Shown: piece by piece, positions 9,741 to 17,405 of the stretch
Position numbering within the stretch: position 1 is the first letter of the stretch
How the letters are laid out: each line of letters opens with the position of its first letter
From: an uncultured Bdellovibrionales bacterium
Lineage (GTDB): Bacteria > Patescibacteriota > Minisyncoccia > Moranbacterales > UBA2206
NCBI GenBank assembly: GCA_964547585.1
Contig: CAZJOI010000004.1
Span: 1-50,723 of the forward strand
Length of the DNA stretch: 50,723 nucleotides
Reading direction: 5' to 3'
The notes under the pieces: model-generated
The model's database searches: none
Told to the model about the DNA's origin: nothing
The model's input: only the letters and a program-made list of their open reading frames with translations
Translations under genes and position numbers: made by a program

Positions 9741-10715
9741 TTATATGCCACATATATTAGCAGATGTTTCCCAGTGTTTGTATTTGCCATTTGAAAATAG
9801 CACAGAGGCGGCTTGAATATTTGTAGTGCCGTTCATTAATTTTGTTTTGCAGTTGGCGTAGGTCGCTTCTTGTCCAGCTTTTACCTTGCATTTTCTGTGT
9901 GCACAGTACCTAACGCCACTGCTATTTGTTGTATAGTCATTGCAGTCATAGCTACTCGATCTGGATCCGGTTCCTTCGAATATTGAGCTGCCGTCACAAC
10001 CAATTGAATTGGCGCTAGTCATTATGTTTATTTGATAAAGACCAATTGAAAATGAGTTGCCATCCATACAGAGGTCGGTACTGCTTGCCAAAGCTGCATT
10101 CCCGCGGCTTTCTTTGTTGCATATCATGGACATTTTTTTTGCGTCGTCTGAAAAAGTGCTTTTGAGATTTTCAACAGAACATGGGCCAGAAGAAAGCACC
10201 TCACATTTGCCATTTCCTGTGCCAGATGAACTTATCGTTGTCGACGCTTTTTCTGCGGTAGTTAATGCGGGATTTATGTTTATCCTCTTTATTTTTACCA
10301 AATCAGGATTAATGATGTAAAGAATTAAATAAGATGAAAAAGCCAGAAGCAAGCCAACAATGGCATCGGTAATAACTCCCTTGGCTTTTTCCATCGAAGC
10401 GTTGTTGCCAGCTGAAGTTATATACATATATCCGCCAATAATGATCATGAGTAGGGCACAGATGCCAATAGCACCAATACCAAACTTATAAATAGCACTA
10501 ATGTAATCATAGAAGTTGCTGGGCTTTCCAAGTCCTGGGATTTCTTCCATGGGAGTGTAGGTCATCGATCCTGTAGCCGAAGCTCTTTCCCCTTCAGATT
10601 TATAGACGGTTGTAGCTGCCAAAGAAATATCTTTTTGGCTCACAATTAAAACAGGCGCGACTAAAATTACCGCAAAGAGGAGAACTTTAAATGTTGTTGT
10701 TATTTTTTTAATCAT
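9741..10715 (-). CDS. T4SS-type (VirB2/TrbC-like) pilin domain fused to a Cys-rich lysozyme/lytic-transglycosylase-like domain
   Basis: Signal peptide, then IPGLGKPSNFYDYISAIYKFGIGAIGICALLMIIIGGYMYITSAGNNASMEKAKGVITDAIVGLLLAFSSYLILYIINP, a two-TM pilin pattern common in CPR. The C-terminus has ...CNKESRGNAALASS...DGNSFSIGLYQIN..., a catalytic-Glu plus GLxQIN pattern. Confidence 0.7.
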   Translation of the reverse strand: MIKKITTTFKVLLFAVILVAPVLIVSQKDISLAATTVYKSEGERASATGSMTYTPMEEIPGLGKPSNFYDYISAIYKFGIGAIGICALLMIIIGGYMYITSAGNNASMEKAKGVITDAIVGLLLAFSSYLILYIINPDLVKIKRININPALTTAEKASTTISSSGTGNGKCEVLSSGPCSVENLKSTFSDDAKKMSMICNKESRGNAALASSTDLCMDGNSFSIGLYQINIMTSANSIGCDGSSIFEGTGSRSSSYDCNDYTTNSSGVRYCAHRKCKVKAGQEATYANCKTKLMNGTTNIQAASVLFSNGKYKHWETSANICGI

Positions 10716-12145
10716 TTTTTTGTTTTTGGAAAAAGAGAAAAAATAAAATAACTAGAAAAAAGGAGCACGAAACTTATTAAAACAATTTTTATTAGAAAGA
10801 GTAATTGAGAAGGGGCGCTTGCGAGCAGAGCGGCTAGGGTTGTATTTTTTTTGCTTTCTGGCAATGTGCTTATCTCGTCTGATGATTCCAAATATTCAAC
10901 TACGTTAATTTTAATTGTAGCATCAATTAGTTTTTCATAAAAATCATTTAGTCCAACCCCCCAATATTTATTGAGGGCTTTTTTCGTAGCTTTGTTTGGA
11001 GTGTAAAGGGTTGAGAAAGTTACATCATAAGAATAGCCAACTTCTGTGTCTGAGGGAAAAGAGATGGAACCGTCATCATTTATTACTATTCCATATTCCC
11101 TTCCGTTTATTACTAGTCCGTATTGTTCAGCCGTTTGTTTTGTTACAGAAGCAATATCAATGGTCCAAGAAATATCGTCTATGTTTTGTACTTTAAAATT
11201 AGGATTAAGCTTAACAGTAGATCCGGCAATGGCTTCAAATTCGCTTTTGCTGTAGTCTGGAGTGAGATTGTCATCTAGGTCCTTGAAATAACCCAAAAGA
11301 ATCGGGGCACAAGTTGTTTTGTCTTCGGATTCTATGAAAGCAGAAGGTTCCGTTACAATAAAATATTGTTTAAAATAGACCATTTTCCCTGTTTCCTTGA
11401 TATTAGCCGACACTTCCACCTCGTATTTCTCCTGGGCATCTTTTAGCACAGGAAAAACAGCCTCATTGGAATCGCAATCACTCAAAGGACACTGGTTATA
11501 CTCAAAAGGATCGCCGTCTATTTTCCAAGTAAAATTAGTTAATTCAGAGGAGTCTACTCTTAGCCCAATTATTTCGTTCTTAATTACGGTGCAAGGAGAA
11601 TCTTCATTTGCGCCTAGGCATATTTGATCTTTAAACGCGATGCCAGAATCTGTTGCAGAAACAGAATAAGCTGACATTTCATTGGAAATTGAGTTAAGAG
11701 GTATAATGATATCTCCCGTACCCTTATTAATATTCCCCAAGGAGGTTGTTTCCTCAACGTCTAGTTTAACTCGAATGAACGTCAAGTCCTTATCAAAAGC
11801 CAATTTAAACCTAAGCTCATCTACTCCAAAGCCGGACATTTTAGTGACTTCAATAAGATCTTTTTTTAGTATCTCTTCCCAGTCTCCAGGATTGTTTTTC
11901 TTGGTGCTGCCATAAACTATCCAAGTATAATCCACTTCATTAGCTGGATTTTTGCCGGCAACACGGGCAGAAATACTTATTTCGGTTGGGTTTGCCGGAT
12001 TATTTATGGGAGATTCAGGCAGGTAAGATAAGGAGACATTAATTTTGTCATCCCAAAAGTCTTCAGTGGCCTGCGTTTTTGAGACGTGAGCAAAAGAAAC
12101 AAAAAGCAGAGAAACAAACAAAAGAGTTGGAAAAAACTTTTTCAT
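10712..12145 (-). CDS. Large secreted protein with C-terminal membrane anchor, unknown function
   Basis: Signal peptide (MKKFFPTLLFVSLLFVSFAHVSKTQA) and a C-terminal TM segment (LLFLIKIVLISFVLLFSSYFIFSLF). 4-nt start/stop overlap with the downstream gene. Confidence 0.65.
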   Translation of the reverse strand: MKKFFPTLLFVSLLFVSFAHVSKTQATEDFWDDKINVSLSYLPESPINNPANPTEISISARVAGKNPANEVDYTWIVYGSTKKNNPGDWEEILKKDLIEVTKMSGFGVDELRFKLAFDKDLTFIRVKLDVEETTSLGNINKGTGDIIIPLNSISNEMSAYSVSATDSGIAFKDQICLGANEDSPCTVIKNEIIGLRVDSSELTNFTWKIDGDPFEYNQCPLSDCDSNEAVFPVLKDAQEKYEVEVSANIKETGKMVYFKQYFIVTEPSAFIESEDKTTCAPILLGYFKDLDDNLTPDYSKSEFEAIAGSTVKLNPNFKVQNIDDISWTIDIASVTKQTAEQYGLVINGREYGIVINDDGSISFPSDTEVGYSYDVTFSTLYTPNKATKKALNKYWGVGLNDFYEKLIDATIKINVVEYLESSDEISTLPESKKNTTLAALLASAPSQLLFLIKIVLISFVLLFSSYFIFSLFPKTKK

Positions 12146-12150
12146 ATTAT

Positions 12151-12810
12151 TTATTTTGAAATAAAAATTAAAAACGAATCAAGTAAAATGACAGAAAGCA
12201 AGCTTATTGCATAGGCTAGCCAGATAGACCTGTTTTTATAGACCAACCAAGATCCAATGAAAGAAAAAATGATAAGGGGAGCCATTTGCCAAATAAAAGA
12301 TTTTTCAATAAAAAGAACAAAGCAGTAAAGCAGGGCTGTAATTAAAATTGACCAAAGTTTGAATTTTTGGGAAAAGGAGTGTAATACAAAACCTTTGAAA
12401 AAAATCTCTTGAGATAGAAATAAAAAATTAAAAGTAATGAGTTCAAAAAACAAAAATGCTCCAAAGCTATTTTGAATAACTCTGGCAATGTGATAGTTTC
12501 CCTTAAAATCAGTAAATCTGAACAGAAGGAAAAATATTACCAAGTAAGCCAGCAGAACTCCTCCAGCCCAAAGAAAATCTGATTTTTTATTTGGGCAACC
12601 AAAACCAAATTCTTGTAATTTTTTTTTGAGAATTACTTTAATGTAAAAAAGTGGGACAACCACAAGAAAAGCCAAGCCCTTACAGGTTTCTTGAAAGAAA
12701 TTATCCGCGGGTATCTTTAGGAAAAGAATTAAACACGCCAAAGCCACTAGCAGGTTGACCAGCATCTCTCTCCAAGTTAATTCTTTTTTTATTGAATCAA
12801 ATTCAAGCAT
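12151..12810 (-). CDS. CPBP (CAAX protease)-like polytopic membrane protein with degenerate catalytic motifs
   Basis: SQEIFFKGFVLHSF aligns to the CPBP motif 1 (EExxFRG) but has Q and K in place of E and R. The expected His motifs are not evident. Confidence 0.5.
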   Translation of the reverse strand: MLEFDSIKKELTWREMLVNLLVALACLILFLKIPADNFFQETCKGLAFLVVVPLFYIKVILKKKLQEFGFGCPNKKSDFLWAGGVLLAYLVIFFLLFRFTDFKGNYHIARVIQNSFGAFLFFELITFNFLFLSQEIFFKGFVLHSFSQKFKLWSILITALLYCFVLFIEKSFIWQMAPLIIFSFIGSWLVYKNRSIWLAYAISLLSVILLDSFLIFISK

Positions 12811-13279
12811 AGGCTTGTTGTGTTTTTTCTTGTTTTTGTGATTCTTTTTGCTTATTTTCTTCAGCCTTTTCCTTACGTTCTTTGAGAATCATAAAAAATG
12901 TGATAATAACGACAGCTGTTTCAATGGGAAAAAAACTTATGAGTGGCACAGTGTCAATTAGTGTTCCGACAAAAATTATAACTAAACGCTTGGCTAATTT
13001 TTTGTTGGCACCCGCTCCTAAAAAAAACATAATCAGAAAAATAAAGATGGCGCAAAAAACAGAAATAAACAGAGAAAAAGCAAGACCAATAATGGGGATA
13101 AGGCTAATGAACATATCGGCCAGATCTTTGAGGAGTGCAAATATTAAGACAAAAACAAAAAGCATATCAAAAAGTTCAACGTAGGCCAAAAGTGAGGCCA
13201 AGTTTGCGGGGGAGATGCTTTTTATCGATTTTTTTAAATCGATAAAAGATTTTGGTTTAGGGGTTGATTCTGCGGACAT
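12803..13279 (-). CDS. Small polytopic membrane protein, unknown function
   Basis: 158 aa with 3-4 hydrophobic segments and a charged Lys/Glu tail. Operon-packed, overlapping its neighbour by 8 nt. Confidence 0.6.
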   Translation of the reverse strand: MSAESTPKPKSFIDLKKSIKSISPANLASLLAYVELFDMLFVFVLIFALLKDLADMFISLIPIIGLAFSLFISVFCAIFIFLIMFFLGAGANKKLAKRLVIIFVGTLIDTVPLISFFPIETAVVIITFFMILKERKEKAEENKQKESQKQEKTQQAYA

Positions 13280-13291
13280 AGAAATAGTTTA

Positions 13292-15091
13292 TTATTCCTC
13301 GGCTAATTCTTTTTTGGCCCGATCTATTTCCAGCAATTGAGATGGGTCAGTAGTAATAATTTGATCTTCACTATAAGAAGCGACAACTTTAATGGCAACG
13401 TGCTTTGTACCTGCGAAAAATATTCCTTCTCCGACGTTACTTTCCAATAATAAAAATTTTTCTTGATCAGTTAGATAAAATGTTTCCATAATAGTTTCAA
13501 TAGCAGCAGGAGATTGTTTCAGCAGAAGCTGAATGGAGGAGTTGGTTACGATCGGTTTTCCATAGCGAGAAGATAAAAAGTCATTGACATCCTGAGTGAT
13601 TGTAGTGAGACCAGTAAAATATTTTCGACATCTTTTGGCAATTCCAAAAAGAAAAGAAGCGGCATCGTCGTATTTCATCATAATCCAAGCTTCATCCACC
13701 AGAACAATTCTTTTTTTCATATTAGTTCTCATTTCAGCCCAAATAAATTGCAATACGACATACATTGCTATTGGACGTAAATCTTCTTCCATATCGCGAA
13801 TGTTGAAAACTACCATTTGATTGTCAGCTTTAATGTTGGTTGGATTATTGAGAAATCCAGCAAAAATTCCCTCAGTATATTTTTCCAATCGAGTGGCCAA
13901 ATCTTTAGCTCCATCCATATTACGTAAAACATTGTACAGATCAGACATAGTTGGGAAGGCTTCCTTTCCAATATTATTAAAATTCGTTTTAGCAGAAATG
14001 TCTCGGATGGCATAGGTTTCATGCAAAGCTCTGTCCAAAATAGAATCTTCTTCTGGAGTGATGCTACCAAGCATCAAATGCAAAAGACCAATTAGGTTGG
14101 CAATATTGTTGCGCAAAACATCTTCTGGATCTTCATCTTCCTGGATTTTTGGTAAATCAAAAGGATTAAGGTGGTTAGATGAGTTAAGCGAGATCTTAAT
14201 AAAAGTTCCTCCAACTGTTTCACATAAATGTTTATATTCATTTTCTGGATCAATAATAATTACATCCGTGCCTATCATCAAAGAACGCAAAACCTCCAAT
14301 TTAACGGTATAGCTTTTTCCAGCTCCGGATTTGGCAAAAACAACCATATTGCCGTTTTCCATTTTAAAACGGTCGAAAATTATCAAACTGTTATTGTGTC
14401 TGTTTATTCCATAGAGAATGCCTTCGTTGCTGGAAAGAGTTGAAGAAACAAAAGGAAAGGTAGTGGAAAGCGGTCCGCTATTCATATTGGTGCCAATGTC
14501 CAGTTCATCGTTAGCCAATGGTAGTGTTGAGTTGAAGCCTTGTTCTGTCTTGAAAACAGCCGGTTTTACATAGACTAATTGAGCTTCCAAGATGGAGGTT
14601 ATGAATTTGTATTGTTTGTCTAGCTCCTTCTCATCTTCTCCATAAACAGTGACATATAGTCCGAAGCGAAAGAATTTTTCTGTGCCTTGTTGCAACTTAT
14701 CTCTCAACTCCTCAATGTCTTGCATAGCAGTTTCCAAGGCGGGATCACGCACTAAGCCTTTTTGTTGTTCAATGTGGACCTGAGATTGAATTTGAGTAGC
14801 GCTACGGCGAAGAGTTTTCAGGAGAGAGGCTGTTTCAATTGGGTGAATGAACATGGAAATGTCCATTGGCATATCAATGTTGATGATGGGGGAAAACCAG
14901 GTGCTATGCAAATATCTCGGATAAGAAATGACAAAAAGAGTTTGGGCGTATGACTCCCCAATCTGAATATATTTGGGTGCAATTTTTATCGCCGAAGGTG
15001 CAATTAAATCAAAAAGTTTTGAAATTCCTTCTTGATAAATTTTTTCAGCTGAAATTGTCTCATCAGTGTTGGGTTTTTTTCTAAATAGCAT
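13292..15091 (-). CDS. virB4: VirB4/TraC/TrbE-family type IV secretion ATPase
   Basis: Walker A FAKSGAGKSY and Walker B RIVLVDEAW. The upstream region IAPSAIKIAPKYIQIGESYAQTLFVISYPRYL...ISMFIHP is typical of Gram-positive-type VirB4. Confidence 0.88.
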   Translation of the reverse strand: MLFRKKPNTDETISAEKIYQEGISKLFDLIAPSAIKIAPKYIQIGESYAQTLFVISYPRYLHSTWFSPIINIDMPMDISMFIHPIETASLLKTLRRSATQIQSQVHIEQQKGLVRDPALETAMQDIEELRDKLQQGTEKFFRFGLYVTVYGEDEKELDKQYKFITSILEAQLVYVKPAVFKTEQGFNSTLPLANDELDIGTNMNSGPLSTTFPFVSSTLSSNEGILYGINRHNNSLIIFDRFKMENGNMVVFAKSGAGKSYTVKLEVLRSLMIGTDVIIIDPENEYKHLCETVGGTFIKISLNSSNHLNPFDLPKIQEDEDPEDVLRNNIANLIGLLHLMLGSITPEEDSILDRALHETYAIRDISAKTNFNNIGKEAFPTMSDLYNVLRNMDGAKDLATRLEKYTEGIFAGFLNNPTNIKADNQMVVFNIRDMEEDLRPIAMYVVLQFIWAEMRTNMKKRIVLVDEAWIMMKYDDAASFLFGIAKRCRKYFTGLTTITQDVNDFLSSRYGKPIVTNSSIQLLLKQSPAAIETIMETFYLTDQEKFLLLESNVGEGIFFAGTKHVAIKVVASYSEDQIITTDPSQLLEIDRAKKELAEE

Positions 15092-15183
15092 AAATTTTTT
15101 TAATATCCTGATCTTCAGGTTTTTATTTTATTGAGTTTGTTTTTTAACTTTTTTCGAGATTCAGACGCACTGCAGAAAACAAG

Positions 15184-15870
15184 TTATTGAAGATCAATTT
15201 GCTCGACATCTCCCAGTGAATCTGAATTGAAAATATTTGAATTGTAGGCGTTGTACATCAGTTCTATTATTTCCTGAGTTCTTAGAGGTGTTACGCGAAC
15301 ACCCAGTCCCGAAAGTCCGGCGGCAATATGGTCCATTCTTTGAAAAAGCTGAGTTTTGTATGTTTCAAAATTTTCTTTTTTTTGAGCAATATCATTTTTA
15401 GCACTGAAGATACTAAAAATATTGCCAAAAAACCCTTTATTTTTATTTTCAATCGGTGAAAAAGGCAGGATGATGTAAAAGTTTTTATCCATAATGTTGG
15501 AAACGGAAACCAGTTGTTGGATGAAATTTCGATATTCGGCGGTTTGAATTCGCAGTAGTTCACTGGTTTGATATTTTTCTTTATTGTCGAGAAATTCAAG
15601 GTAAGAACTGATGTTGAGCTTTCTGGAATTTATCAAAACTTGGATTGGAAAGTCCAGAGAATTGAGAAAATTTTGATACTGGTTAATGATGGCATCTTGT
15701 TCCTCAGATGACTTAAGATCATAATTTATTGAAGAAACAGCCAGAATTCCTCTAAACGATCCGTTTTTTAGGACAATGACATCTTCTTTTATCTCAGAAA
15801 TATCTAGAAATTGTTGAGTGGCAATTTGAGATGAGGTTTTGGTTATTTTTTTTGAATGTAATTTTTCCAT
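15184..15870 (-). CDS. Hypothetical T4SS-associated protein; possibly a separately encoded VirB4 N-terminal-like domain
   Basis: 228 aa. FLDISEIKEDVIVLKNGSFRGILAVSSINYDLKSSEEQDAIINQYQNFLNSLDFPIQVLINSRKLNI resembles, from memory, the extreme N-terminal region of long Gram-positive VirB4 proteins. Confidence 0.6.
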   Translation of the reverse strand: MEKLHSKKITKTSSQIATQQFLDISEIKEDVIVLKNGSFRGILAVSSINYDLKSSEEQDAIINQYQNFLNSLDFPIQVLINSRKLNISSYLEFLDNKEKYQTSELLRIQTAEYRNFIQQLVSVSNIMDKNFYIILPFSPIENKNKGFFGNIFSIFSAKNDIAQKKENFETYKTQLFQRMDHIAAGLSGLGVRVTPLRTQEIIELMYNAYNSNIFNSDSLGDVEQIDLQ

Positions 15871-15902
15871 GGAGTTGTTATGACAATAAACTAAAAATCA
15901 AT

Positions 15903-16313
15903 TTAATAATTATCCAGTATTTTTGATATTTCTTCTATTTTATTTTCAGAGATTGTTTTTTTGGTTATTTTTTCTTCTGTTTTTTTTGTGGTAGTTTTTT
16001 TGAAAGGAGTTTTTGTTCCAAAAGCATTCTTAATGGGGACTCTTTTCCAGAGATAAAATTTGGGTTTAGCAGCGAAACTAAAAAGAGAGAGAAGAAAAGA
16101 TAGGAAGGTTTGGTTATAGGGACGGTAAAAAGCAAATGCTCCAACAATACCAGCAACAACGATGGCGGCTAAAATAAATCCAGAAAAATCTAGCAAGTTC
16201 CATAGGACCAAGAGGATGGCTCCCCCACCAAACATCCAGCCTAGTTGCTTGGCAGTAAAGGGTCCGACGATCTTATCTTCCTTATCAATAAATTGTGGAA
16301 TATTAAATTGCAT
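15903..16313 (-). CDS. PrgI-family / VirB3-like small membrane protein
   Basis: IPQFIDKEDKIVGPFTAKQLGWMFGGGAILLVLW followed by a second TM segment is the PrgI-family pattern. Positioned upstream of VirB4. Confidence 0.7.
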   Translation of the reverse strand: MQFNIPQFIDKEDKIVGPFTAKQLGWMFGGGAILLVLWNLLDFSGFILAAIVVAGIVGAFAFYRPYNQTFLSFLLSLFSFAAKPKFYLWKRVPIKNAFGTKTPFKKTTTKKTEEKITKKTISENKIEEISKILDNY

Positions 16314-16322
16314 AAACTTAAA

Positions 16323-16350
16323 AATGACGAATGACGAATGACGAATGACG
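16323..16350. repeat. Perfect 4x tandem heptamer AATGACG, followed by degenerate AATGACT/AATGACA copies to about 16376
   Basis: Read directly: aatgacg aatgacg aatgacg aatgacg aatt...aaatgactaaatgaca. It starts 10 nt upstream of the PrgI-like start codon, counted on the minus strand. Confidence 0.9.
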
Positions 16351-16433
16351 AATTAAATCTAAATGACTAAATGACAAAAATTTGAGTTTTAGGTTTTGAC
16401 ATTGATTTATCATTGGGAATTTGTTATTTGACA

Positions 16434-17360
16434 TTACTCTTTAAGATTTACTACATTTGGTCCTAAATTGATTTTTGGTTCTGGCTTGGGAATGATGATT
16501 GGTGGTGAGGTTCTTTGCGTGACAGATTTCTGCGGGTAGGAAAATTGAACTGATTGGATGTTATTTTTGGGTTCAACTGGTGATGGAGAGGGTTTTTCGA
16601 ATGCAGGGATGCTGGTTTCCTGTAATTGCGGAAATATCACTTGTTTTGTGTTTTTGTTTATGGTTATGGGAGTATTTTCATCTAGAGACTTGAGAATAAA
16701 GGCCAGTTTATGTCGATCAGAAGAGGAAAGATTTTTGCCATTTTCGCTCTGGAAAAGATAGCTGCTTCTTTTGACGGCATTGCGGTCTTCGCGTCCGGTA
16801 ATCATAACGTAATCTGCCAACCAATTCTTGAGGGATGGTCGCGCTGGTTCGGGAAAATTTTTAACTCGGATCCTATTTTCGGTAATGAGTTGTTCGCCCA
16901 GATCAGGATATTGCCGCAGGGCTTCAGGAATGAGCAATTTTTCCAGATTGGCTTGGTAGGCCTTCTCCTGCGAATCGTCATTGATTATTTTGGTAATTAC
17001 GATTTGAGTGATTTCCTTGGCTTTAGTCAGGTCAATATTCATTTCTTTGGCCAGAGCGAATGGCATATCATCTAATTTCAATTCACCAAAATAGTAGCTA
17101 CGAATAGCACGAGCAATATCTGAAATTTTAACTAAATCTAGGTTATAATTTTTTCCAATAGTTTGAATTTTACTGGAAGTTTCTGGCGCGGCCAACTTAT
17201 TTTTAGTTATTTCATCCAAAGCAATAAAACGATCATGGGTAACAATAAATTGTTCCTCTGTTTCATTGTCCGGATTTTTTGTAACTGAAACCAGCATTGG
17301 TGATGTGTCAGCTAGAAACTGAAAATCTTTGTCAAATAATTTAAATCTTTCCCTTTTCAT
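16434..17360 (-). CDS. Hypothetical protein (no TM segment evident; Pro-rich C-terminus)
   Basis: 308-aa ORF in the cluster. No recognisable motif. Confidence 0.6.
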   Translation of the reverse strand: MKRERFKLFDKDFQFLADTSPMLVSVTKNPDNETEEQFIVTHDRFIALDEITKNKLAAPETSSKIQTIGKNYNLDLVKISDIARAIRSYYFGELKLDDMPFALAKEMNIDLTKAKEITQIVITKIINDDSQEKAYQANLEKLLIPEALRQYPDLGEQLITENRIRVKNFPEPARPSLKNWLADYVMITGREDRNAVKRSSYLFQSENGKNLSSSDRHKLAFILKSLDENTPITINKNTKQVIFPQLQETSIPAFEKPSPSPVEPKNNIQSVQFSYPQKSVTQRTSPPIIIPKPEPKINLGPNVVNLKE

Positions 17361-17405
17361 AATTATTGATTGAAACTATAAAATAATTTTAAAATCATGC
17401 AAATT

